Origin: Sutcliffiella halmapala
GTDB lineage: Bacteria > Bacillota > Bacilli > Bacillales > Bacillaceae_I
Assembly (NCBI RefSeq): GCF_002019665.1
Contig: NZ_KV917375.1
Span: 2,490,702-2,522,701 of the forward strand
Length of the DNA stretch: 32,000 nt
Direction: 5' to 3'
This document shows, in pieces, positions 24,732 through 32,000 of the stretch. Every line of letters begins with the position of its first letter. Positions within the stretch are counted from its first letter, which is position 1. The notes under the pieces are model-generated. The model did not search any database and was not told where the DNA came from. It saw nothing but the letters and a program-made list of their open reading frames with translations. The position numbers and the translations under genes were made by a program.

Positions 24732-25093
24732 ATAAACCTACTCCATTTAGTTTCATTCATTATATAGTAGATTATCATCCTATTACTAGTATAATTTCCC
24801 TTAATTGTTTTAAATAGTTACAATTGTGTGAAAAAGACACTTTTTCTATCTTGCAATATTGTTTTATAAAAATGTATTTGTTGGTTTGGAATAAAGTTTG
24901 ATTAGAAAATGCTATTCAAACCTTTTGTCATCATTTCTCCATTAAAGCGCCCGATTGCGGAGTAATGTCCGTATTCTTCATTACAGGAATGCTGCCTTTA
25001 ACTTAATACCAATTATTTCAAAACCAAGTGATAAACTCAATCTTTTATCTTCATTCAATTTAAAAAATCACCCTCAAAAATAACCGTGATTTC

Positions 25094-25870
25094 TTAAAAG
25101 TATTTACTGGAGAAATCCTTTCTCAATTTCCCACTCAGTTGAGCATAAATCCTCGTAGTTCCACTCTTTTCGCAGCCAAGTAAACTCTATATCACTTCAA
25201 GAGGAGCTAGCTCCATTGTTAATCATATGAGTCCCGTAGCTGTGCCTTAATTGAAGTGGATGTATGCTCTTCTTAATTCCAGCTCCAGAAGATATACGCT
25301 TAAAGATGTATCTTATTAGTTCGATACTCATTCTTTTTTTTGTCTTCTTTCCGTAATGAACAAGCAAGGGTCCTGGTCATCACGTTCATCGAGATATCTC
25401 TTTAACTACAAAGAGCAACGAGTATTAGTACACCTCCCGTTCTTTATCTCTTTTCCATGAAAAATGACGGAACTTGCGGCAAAATTGATATCATCATGAT
25501 TAAGTTTAACAATTTCGCCAATACGACAACCCATTGAGTAGAAAAATTTCAAATAACGCATTCTCCATGGCACTTTGACAGGACTAACGGAGATGTTCAA
25601 TTTTAAGTTAGGTTAGGAATTTTGGAATTCGCTTCCCTAGCTTCGGTTCTTTCAACTTAGCTACAGGATTCTTCTTTGCCTTCGTCATTTGCCCATTTGA
25701 ATATTGATTTAATGCACCGAACTCTATGAACCAAGCTAGAGTATGACACAGTTCTCCGTATTGTATCAAGGTGAGGTTTTTATTCCTTTAGAATACACAG
25801 CTACTAATGCTGTTTCCACACCGTTTATAGTTCCCAGATATCTCTTTCTGTTCAGTATAAATAAACATTC
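25094..25870 (-). pseudogene. Degraded tyrosine recombinase / phage-type integrase (XerC/D-like)
   Basis: Minus-strand translation in shifting frames gives NPVAKLKEPKLGKRIPKFLT*, then LKFFYSMGCRIGEIVKLNHDDINFAASSVIFHGK, then IHPLQLRHSYGTHMINNGA, then APLEVI*SLLGCEKSGTTRIYAQLSGKLRKDFSSKYF*. The recombinase boxes (R, HxLRH, LLGH-like, catalytic Y) are present but broken by at least two frameshifts and at least three in-frame stops. Confidence 0.75.
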
Positions 25871-25917
25871 AAAGGTCCTCAAATTACTCTCAATCCCTAC
25901 TTCTTTGTTTAAAACAA

Positions 25918-25946
25918 GTATAAAATGATTTTTACTTCAAATAATA
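25918..25946 (+). promoter_or_regulatory. Candidate sigma-G-type promoter of the ger operon
   Basis: GTATA, then 17 nt, then AATAATA, ending 29 nt before the gerA-type ATG. Ger receptor operons are classically sigma-G dependent. Matching was by eye only. Confidence 0.35.
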
Positions 25947-25975
25947 TAGAAAATCTATTGAGGGATATGTTTCAA

Positions 25976-27460
25976 ATGACAAACCATCTAAATGAAATTA
26001 GCTGCCCTAATTATGAAAAAGTAAAATCCATCCTCAACCAATCACCAGACTTGATTTGTAGAACACTTGAAGTTGGTGGAGTTTGTCTCGAAGTTATTTT
26101 CATGAAAAATTTAATTAAAAAAGAGTTACTAAATGAGTATGTAATTAAATACATTCAACAACTTCCAAAAGAATACATAACTTGCTCTTATTTATTGAAA
26201 AACATACCAATGGACGAAGTAATGTCAAACCTTGAGGAACAAGAGGTTATCTCTTCGCTCTTAAATGGATTCGCTTATATTTACTTATCAGACGAAAGTA
26301 AAGCATTTATGGTAAATTGCTCCAACCCAATTGAAAGATCCATCGAAAAAGCAGAAACAGAATCTTTGGTATACGGTCCTAAAATATCGTTTACAGAATC
26401 ATTATCTTCTAATATTAAAATTATAAGACAAAATCTAAATGATTCTAAATTGTGTACAGATGAATTAGAAATAGGAGAACGTGTTAAGAAGCAAGTAAGA
26501 ATTATATACCTTAAAGATATAGCGGATGATGAAACCCTTAAAACACTTAAGGAGAGGTTTGAAAATATAAAAACTGATGATATTAGTGACAGTTCAGTAT
26601 TGGCACAATGTCTTGAAGATAATCATTACTCAATTTTTCCACAGTTTATACTAACTGAGTTGCCCGATAGATTCATCTATTCTATTTTAAACGGAAGGAT
26701 TGGTATTTTTATAGATAGAAGTCCAATTGCTATTATTGGACCTGCTAATTTTTTTTCATTTATTGAATCAACAGAAGATATATATTTGAGATGGTCCTTA
26801 AGTACCTTAATAAGATTTATACGATTTTTTGCTATGACAGGGTCACTTTTTTTTACAGCATTTTATGTTGCAACCATGACATTTCACTTTGAACTAATTC
26901 CATCTAAATTGTTACTTATAATTGGGCAATCACGTTCACAAGTTCCTTTTCCACCTTTGCTAGAAGCACTTTTAATGGAATTATTAATTGAATTACTTAG
27001 AGAGGCTGGGGCACGCCTTCCGTCAAAAGTAGGACAAACAATGGGGATTGTAGGAGGTATTGTTATTGGCCAAGCAACTGTTGAGGCAGGTTTAACTAGC
27101 AACATTTTAATTATTATCGTGGCATTTAGTGCATTAGGTGCGTTTACAGCTCCTATTTATGAAATGGGGACTGCTATAAGAATTGCTAGATTTCCTTTCA
27201 TTATTCTAGCAGGAATTTGGGGATTAAATGGGATTATTATCGGAGTCAGTGTACTGATGGTCCACTTGTTAAAATTGACATCATTAAACAAACCTTATCT
27301 CGCACCTTTATACCCGTTTAGGATAAAGGATTTAAAGTACTTCTTAATACGTCTTCCACACCATTTTTATAAGAGACGTCCTGTTGTCACTCATCCAAAA
27401 GACACATTTCGCACAAGGTGGAGATTTAAAAAAACAGAAAAAGATTTAGATGAATTTTGA
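25976..27460 (+). CDS. Spore germination protein, GerA family A subunit
   Basis: The conserved GerAA core includes VYGPKISFTESLSSNIKIIRQ, PQFILTELPDRF, PAIIGPANFFSFIESTEDIY and C-terminal membrane helices with ELLREAGARLP. ATG 25976 is the preferred start (RBS GAGGGA); the track start is 25925. Confidence 0.85.
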   Translation: MTNHLNEISCPNYEKVKSILNQSPDLICRTLEVGGVCLEVIFMKNLIKKELLNEYVIKYIQQLPKEYITCSYLLKNIPMDEVMSNLEEQEVISSLLNGFAYIYLSDESKAFMVNCSNPIERSIEKAETESLVYGPKISFTESLSSNIKIIRQNLNDSKLCTDELEIGERVKKQVRIIYLKDIADDETLKTLKERFENIKTDDISDSSVLAQCLEDNHYSIFPQFILTELPDRFIYSILNGRIGIFIDRSPIAIIGPANFFSFIESTEDIYLRWSLSTLIRFIRFFAMTGSLFFTAFYVATMTFHFELIPSKLLLIIGQSRSQVPFPPLLEALLMELLIELLREAGARLPSKVGQTMGIVGGIVIGQATVEAGLTSNILIIIVAFSALGAFTAPIYEMGTAIRIARFPFIILAGIWGLNGIIIGVSVLMVHLLKLTSLNKPYLAPLYPFRIKDLKYFLIRLPHHFYKRRPVVTHPKDTFRTRWRFKKTEKDLDEF

Positions 27461-27468
27461 GGTGGATA

Positions 27469-28563
27469 ATGAAATCAAATATTAGTTTTGTAAATGCCTA
27501 TATTGCTTTCTTTATTATACACACTTCCCAAATTGGAATGGGCATACTTGGAGTTCCTAGGATTATTTATCTTGAATCTAAGAAAGATGCTTGGATCTCA
27601 GTTTTACTATCTGGTCTATTCATTAGTCTTATCACTTGGATTATTATTAGCATACTTAAAAAACATGGAAACTGTAATCTTTATGAAATACACGAAAATT
27701 TATTTGGTCGCTTTATAGGAAGTATCATCAATACCTTAATTGTCATTTACTTTATTGCTGTAAATTACTCTATTATCATCAGTTATGTTGAATTGTCCTT
27801 AACATGGGGATACGAAGGAGTTTATGAATGGATAGGCACCTTAGCGCTATTATTAATAACAATTTATGCAGTATCAGGTGGATTCAGAGTAGTTGCAGGA
27901 ATATGCTTCTTATCCTTTTTGATGACTATATGGCTGCTATTAGTGATATATCCACCACTTGATTCCATGAACTTAACTAGAATTTTACCCGTCATGTCGA
28001 CAACTCCGTCAGAAATGATGAAAGGAGTTTTTAAAAGCAGTTTTACAATGTTGGGGTTTGAGACTCTATTTTTTATTTTTCCTCTTATAAAGGAGAAAAA
28101 TAAACTACTTCTATTCAGTCAATTAGCAATCTGGTTTACCACCCTTCTTGTTTTAATTGCAACTGTTATTTCCATATTATTTTTTAGCCCTAAAGAATTA
28201 GAAATACAGATCTGGCCTATTGTCAGTATGATAGGCGCTGTCCGTTTTCCATTTATTGAGCGCTTTGAATTTATAGCAGTTGCATTATGGATATTAGTTA
28301 TTTTTCCGAATTTATGTATAACTTTATTCATTTCTTCCAAAGGAGTTAAACAAATATTTCATTTAAAAATAACACATGGAATATGGGTAATCTCAATAAT
28401 CATCTTTATCATGAGTTTTTTTGTCACAAAAAGAGTAGATAACAACCGTTTTTTTGATAAAGTTGGTGAAATTGGCTTTTACCTTTGGTTTATCTATCCG
28501 ATATTCTTATATTTCATTTTAATCATCAAATCTAAAATCTTTTTACGTTTAAAACGGAGTTGA
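27469..28563 (+). CDS. Spore germination protein, GerA family B subunit (APC-type permease fold)
   Basis: About 10 TM helices. The N-terminus ISFVNAYIAFFIIHTSQIGMGILGVPR is typical of GerAB/GerKB proteins. It overlaps the A-subunit stop. Confidence 0.85.
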   Translation: MKSNISFVNAYIAFFIIHTSQIGMGILGVPRIIYLESKKDAWISVLLSGLFISLITWIIISILKKHGNCNLYEIHENLFGRFIGSIINTLIVIYFIAVNYSIIISYVELSLTWGYEGVYEWIGTLALLLITIYAVSGGFRVVAGICFLSFLMTIWLLLVIYPPLDSMNLTRILPVMSTTPSEMMKGVFKSSFTMLGFETLFFIFPLIKEKNKLLLFSQLAIWFTTLLVLIATVISILFFSPKELEIQIWPIVSMIGAVRFPFIERFEFIAVALWILVIFPNLCITLFISSKGVKQIFHLKITHGIWVISIIIFIMSFFVTKRVDNNRFFDKVGEIGFYLWFIYPIFLYFILIIKSKIFLRLKRS

Positions 28564-28567
28564 AAAA

Positions 28568-29698
28568 ATGAAAATATGGCTTATTCTACTTTGTTTCTTT
28601 CTCTGTACTGCATGTATGCCACAGGAAAAAATATTAGAAAGGCAAGGAATTTCAACTATTATTGGTTTTGACTTACTTGAAGAGGATACATACAAAGGCA
28701 CTATTAGCTTATTACAATTCGACCGTAAACAAGAAAAGACGAGTGTAACCATTTCTGCCGTCGGAACTACAAGCAAACAAATAAGACAAAGGTTAGAGCA
28801 ACAGACAAGCCACGACATTACCTCTGGACAATTAAGGACAATTTTATTTGATAAATATATGACAGAAATGATTGGGATTTCATCTTTTCTAGACACAATG
28901 CAACGAGATAGTAGCATCGGATCTTTAGTATTTTTGGCAATTACAAACAATGCTGAGAGTACAATTAATAATAAAAACTATGAAGAATACCCTGAAATGG
29001 GGTCATATATTTATCAATTATTAGATAAGCACGAAAAGAAGGAAATGTTAATAAACTCCAACTTACATGATTTTATTTCCACACTATATGAAATTGGTAT
29101 CGATCCTACCTTACCTATTCTATCGAATGAGAATGGTGTAGCACCCTATTTAGATGGGGTTGCATTATTTAGGGATGATAAAATGGTTGGTTCTATTTCC
29201 ATGAAAAAAACCTTGTATATAAAATTATTCACCAATCATAATGCTTTTTTGGGGGATATAACTTTAAATATTCCTGTAGAGGTATTAGAAGAAAAGGGAA
29301 TAAAACTAGTCGAAAAGCAAAAAGGAGATAAATTTAATATTACAATTCACCCAATAAAGTACCGCGGAAATATTGAATTATCTCAGGAAGAGTCGGTTAA
29401 TTTAAATGCATCTATTTTAGTTTCAACTATAGAATTACAGCCTTCTATTACTCTTAAAGATAAGGAATCAATAAAAAAAATGGAGCTAATAATTGAAGAA
29501 GAACTAAACAAAGAATTCGGGGATATAATTGAGGAGTTTAGAAAATTAAATACTGATCCAATTGGCATTGGAAGAAAAATAAAAAGTATAAGAAAATATT
29601 CCAATTTAAATGAAAAAGATTTGAGAGGAAAGTATTCCACATTAAATTTAAAACCAAGTATTAAGGTAGAGATCAAACGAACAGGGGCAATAGATTAG
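28568..29698 (+). CDS. Spore germination lipoprotein, Ger(x)C family
   Basis: The lipobox LCTAC follows a signal peptide (MKIWLILLCFFLCTAC). At 376 aa it is third in an A-B-C operon, with a C-terminal Ger(x)C-type segment ...DPIGIGRKI.... Confidence 0.85.
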   Translation: MKIWLILLCFFLCTACMPQEKILERQGISTIIGFDLLEEDTYKGTISLLQFDRKQEKTSVTISAVGTTSKQIRQRLEQQTSHDITSGQLRTILFDKYMTEMIGISSFLDTMQRDSSIGSLVFLAITNNAESTINNKNYEEYPEMGSYIYQLLDKHEKKEMLINSNLHDFISTLYEIGIDPTLPILSNENGVAPYLDGVALFRDDKMVGSISMKKTLYIKLFTNHNAFLGDITLNIPVEVLEEKGIKLVEKQKGDKFNITIHPIKYRGNIELSQEESVNLNASILVSTIELQPSITLKDKESIKKMELIIEEELNKEFGDIIEEFRKLNTDPIGIGRKIKSIRKYSNLNEKDLRGKYSTLNLKPSIKVEIKRTGAID

Positions 29699-29843
29699 GA
29701 AAATATAGTAGAGAAAACTACGTTCACGAATTTACCTGTGAAGAACCTCATTTACTTATGATAAGGCTCACCATAACGCCTTTAAAGGTAAAATTAGCGA
29801 ATTTCAAAATTTCTCATAATAAATTTTTTGAAATTTCCCTCCA

Positions 29844-29878
29844 AGAAAAAAGGATCTGGAAGCTTACTTTCAGATCCT
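29844..29878 (-). terminator. Rho-independent terminator after the alkD-like gene
   Basis: Minus-strand hairpin AGGATCTGAAAG/CTTCCAGATCCT (one G-U pair) followed by TTTTTTCT. Confidence 0.6.
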
Positions 29879-29943
29879 GTCCATATTGAGGCTTTGAATT
29901 CCTTTATTTTCACATCAAACCCTTATGAATTTTTCAGTGGTAA

Positions 29944-30612
29944 CTAATTATTAATTCGTTTGTTAACTTCAATTGTAATGAACTCCGGCAAATAATTGGG
30001 AGTACATCCTTTTGATACCATTTCATCTTTGTAAAGACCCGTTTTCTCACCAAGTTTAATACAACGTGTTCGATATTTTTCAACATAAACGCCTATCCAG
30101 CCTGCGGTGAAATTCATAGCCCATTGAACTTCCGGTTCTTCCTGCGTAATATTAGCTTCAATTGCAGATAGTAAGTCTGCGGTGTTATCAGGCGGTGTTT
30201 GTCCAGTCCATCTCAATCGCCCTTGAAAATACCAGAAAGCTCGCCTTTGAAGAGCAGAAGGACTATTTTCCCATATCTCCATCAATGCAATGTTCTTCTT
30301 GTCTTTAGTGAGCTGATTAGCCATTAACCAATCCATTAAGTTATTTCGCTCATCAAATGTGTGAGTCTGCATATCCTTATCAAGCTTATTTAGTACATCT
30401 TGTGAAAGAAGTTTTTTGTCCATAATTAAGATTGCCAATAGTCTGGGCAAAAACTTTCCGGTTGACCAAAGTTCCATAGCTAGTTCGTGATCCTTTTTAA
30501 TGTCCTTCGCGATTTTTCGTAAGTCGCCTAGCTTAGTTTTACTATTGATCTGAGGTAGAATGTTTTCTGCTTTTGATGAGTGTTTTATTTCTGTGCTTTT
30601 ATTTTTATTCAT
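29944..30612 (-). CDS. DNA alkylation repair protein (AlkC/AlkD-like HEAT-repeat family)
   Basis: LRKIAKDIKKDHELAMELWSTGKFLPRLLAILIMD... and the later W/F-rich helical repeats fit the DNA_alkylation family pattern as I recall it. ATG 30612 is the preferred start (RBS AAGGAG, 9 nt); the track start is 30645. Confidence 0.6.
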   Translation of the reverse strand: MNKNKSTEIKHSSKAENILPQINSKTKLGDLRKIAKDIKKDHELAMELWSTGKFLPRLLAILIMDKKLLSQDVLNKLDKDMQTHTFDERNNLMDWLMANQLTKDKKNIALMEIWENSPSALQRRAFWYFQGRLRWTGQTPPDNTADLLSAIEANITQEEPEVQWAMNFTAGWIGVYVEKYRTRCIKLGEKTGLYKDEMVSKGCTPNYLPEFITIEVNKRINN

Positions 30613-30936
30613 TTGACACAACTCCTTATTAAAGCACTGTTTCATAATATGTCATTGGCGGGATATTTCAATAACTAAATTTCGTTATAAGTCTTATTGC
30701 ACATAATTGTACCATAACAATGTAAAAGGAGTGATTCATTTCGCCGTTACTTATGGTACGGTTCCCCACTACTAGTGCTAAACTACATCTTCAACAATCT
30801 GGTCATTTAATGGAATAATTTTATTATTACCTTTTATAAGCAGTGCAAATTCATCTCAAATCAACAGTATTTCTCCTACATATGTGTTAAATGCATTAAC
30901 AAAAATGGGCTATACTATATGTAGGAAGGTGATAAA

Positions 30937-31464
30937 ATGACATACAAATTAGATGATATTTTAATTACAGAAGATCAATTGAAAGATAAAGTGAAAGAAA
31001 TAGGAGCCATGATACGTCAGGATTTTCAAGATGAATCCCTTGTATTGATTGTTGTACTTAAAGGGGCATTTGTCTTTGCTGCCGATTTAATTCGAGAACT
31101 AAATGGCGAAGTTACGGTTGATTTTGTAGCTGCTTCCAGTTATGGCAATCAAACAGAGACAACTGGAAAAGTACGCTTATTAAAGGATATAGATGTTAAT
31201 ATTACAGACAAAAATGTCTTGCTAGTGGAGGATATCGTCGACTCTGGCTTAACACTTAGCTTTTTAAAAGAGCATTTTCAACTTCATAAACCAAAATCCA
31301 TGAAAATATGCACCTTGCTTGATAAACCGGAGCGTCGAAAAGTAGACTTAGTTGCGGATTATGTAGGATTTGTTATTCCTGATAAATTCATTATTGGATA
31401 CGGTATTGACTATGCAGAAACGTACCGCAATCTCCCCTACATAGCTACTGTGAAAGAAGGGTAA
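30937..31464 (+). CDS. hpt: Hypoxanthine(-guanine) phosphoribosyltransferase
   Basis: 175 aa with the PRPP-binding loop VLLVEDIVDSGLTLSFL. The type I PRTase layout is present (LVLIVVLKGAFVFAADL, KFIIGYGIDYAETYRNLPYI). Confidence 0.85.
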   Translation: MTYKLDDILITEDQLKDKVKEIGAMIRQDFQDESLVLIVVLKGAFVFAADLIRELNGEVTVDFVAASSYGNQTETTGKVRLLKDIDVNITDKNVLLVEDIVDSGLTLSFLKEHFQLHKPKSMKICTLLDKPERRKVDLVADYVGFVIPDKFIIGYGIDYAETYRNLPYIATVKEG

Positions 31465-31490
31465 GGCAGAACTTTCTGCCTTCCTTCATT
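31463..31490 (+). terminator. Putative terminator after hpt (weak T-tract)
   Basis: AAGGCAGA-actt-TCTGCCTT followed by CCTTCATT. Confidence 0.4.
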
Positions 31491-31774
31491 GGCAGTTCAA
31501 CATTCTATCAAAGGAGACTTAACAATCTCATTGTCTCTTAAACTACTTTACAAACACTTTTTTATTAAAATTCCCCGTACCCACCCTCACGATAATAAAC
31601 CAGTACATGGTAATAATTCGTAACATTTCAACGTTCTATTGTGACATTTCTGGGTCTAAATGGTTAATTGAGGACTTGAACCTCAGGAGTCACCCCGAAA
31701 CCCCTACCATTATTCAACGTACCCCGTTGATGGGTTTGTACTCGCTTTTTATTATCGCTACCAAACTATCAATT

Positions 31775-32000
31775 CTACTCCGACAAATCAGTAAGCCAAT
31801 TCAGCTCTTGAATTTTTGTATCGACTTCTCGATATTGCTTAGCTAAGTCATCTACTTTTTTTTGAAGATCTTTCACATTAAATGGCGTTACATACTTTAT
31901 TTCTGTTCTCGAATAACGATCCTGTCTCGTTGCCGCTTGCTCAGCTAAATCACTATAAACCTTACGTTCCTTAGCTAAGATTTCTCTTTTTATCAGCGCA
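31775..32000 (-). CDS. C-terminal 74 codons of an unidentified coiled-coil-like protein (5' end beyond the window)
   Basis: The frame is open to the window edge. My translation ends ...TRQDRYSRTEIKYVTPFNVKDLQKKVDDLAKQYREVDTKIQELNWLTDLSE*. No family recognised. Confidence 0.45.
   Translation of the reverse strand, partial: ALIKREILAKERKVYSDLAEQAATRQDRYSRTEIKYVTPFNVKDLQKKVDDLAKQYREVDTKIQELNWLTDLSE

Noticed and set aside
24565-24756. 63-aa minus-strand ORF overlapping the 5' end of the GGDEF gene
   Set aside because: It is an out-of-frame overlap with the supported 523-aa cyclase ORF, which has its own RBS at 24731.
25406-25928. ORFs 25406-25600 (-) and 25743-25928 (+) as independent genes
   Set aside because: The first is one surviving frame of the decayed integrase. 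The second is antisense to the integrase N-terminal remnant. Neither has an RBS.
30646-30936. Purine riboswitch upstream of hpt
   Set aside because: The conserved junction sequences of the guanine/adenine riboswitch (UAUAAU...GGAUAUGG...GUUUCUACC...CCGUAAAU...GACUAUG) are not present. There is only a generic 9-bp inverted repeat.
31655-31700. tRNA gene or tRNA 3' fragment on the minus strand (TGAGG-TTCAAGT-CCTCA T-arm)
   Set aside because: I found no complementary 5' acceptor strand (GGTTAAT) and no D or anticodon arms in the preceding 90 nt. There is no CCA in register. The motif overlaps a sequence that resembles the 52-bp repeat family, so the resemblance is probably coincidental. It still deserves a tRNAscan run.

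Overview
Bacillaceae-type chromosomal DNA with no rRNA, tRNA, CRISPR array or intact mobile element. Positions 1-20.4 kb follow the Bacillus subtilis parC-parE-yneT-plsY-yneR-yneQ-yneP-tlp-sspN ... yneN-citB-sspO-sspP neighbourhood. This backbone is interrupted by lineage-specific inserts: a DUF925 nucleotidyltransferase/VOC/Nudix operon, an S9 peptidase, a CapA-like protein, a GNAT/Nudix/Nudix cluster, DinB and DUF1287. Four small genes are missing from the ORF track and I found them by hand: sspN, an FbpB-like ORF, sspP and a 46-aa hydrophobic peptide. The true sspO start is also internal to the listed ORF. Positions 20.4-31.5 kb look accessory: an orphan GerPA/GerPF-like gene with a Cys/His membrane protein, MarR and PadR regulators, a 7TM-PAS-GGDEF cyclase, a heavily decayed tyrosine recombinase, a GerA-type gerA/B/C receptor operon, an AlkD-like protein and a stand-alone hpt. 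I do not see a convincing new multi-gene system such as a defence, secretion or toxin system. The least explained signals are non-coding. One is eight GACGAAT boxes in strict 21-bp register upstream of the nucleotidyltransferase operon. The other is a ~52-bp tandem repeat that splits sspO from sspP. Each appears to have a diverged solo copy elsewhere in the window. All protein calls rest on motif and synteny recognition by eye; no searches were run.
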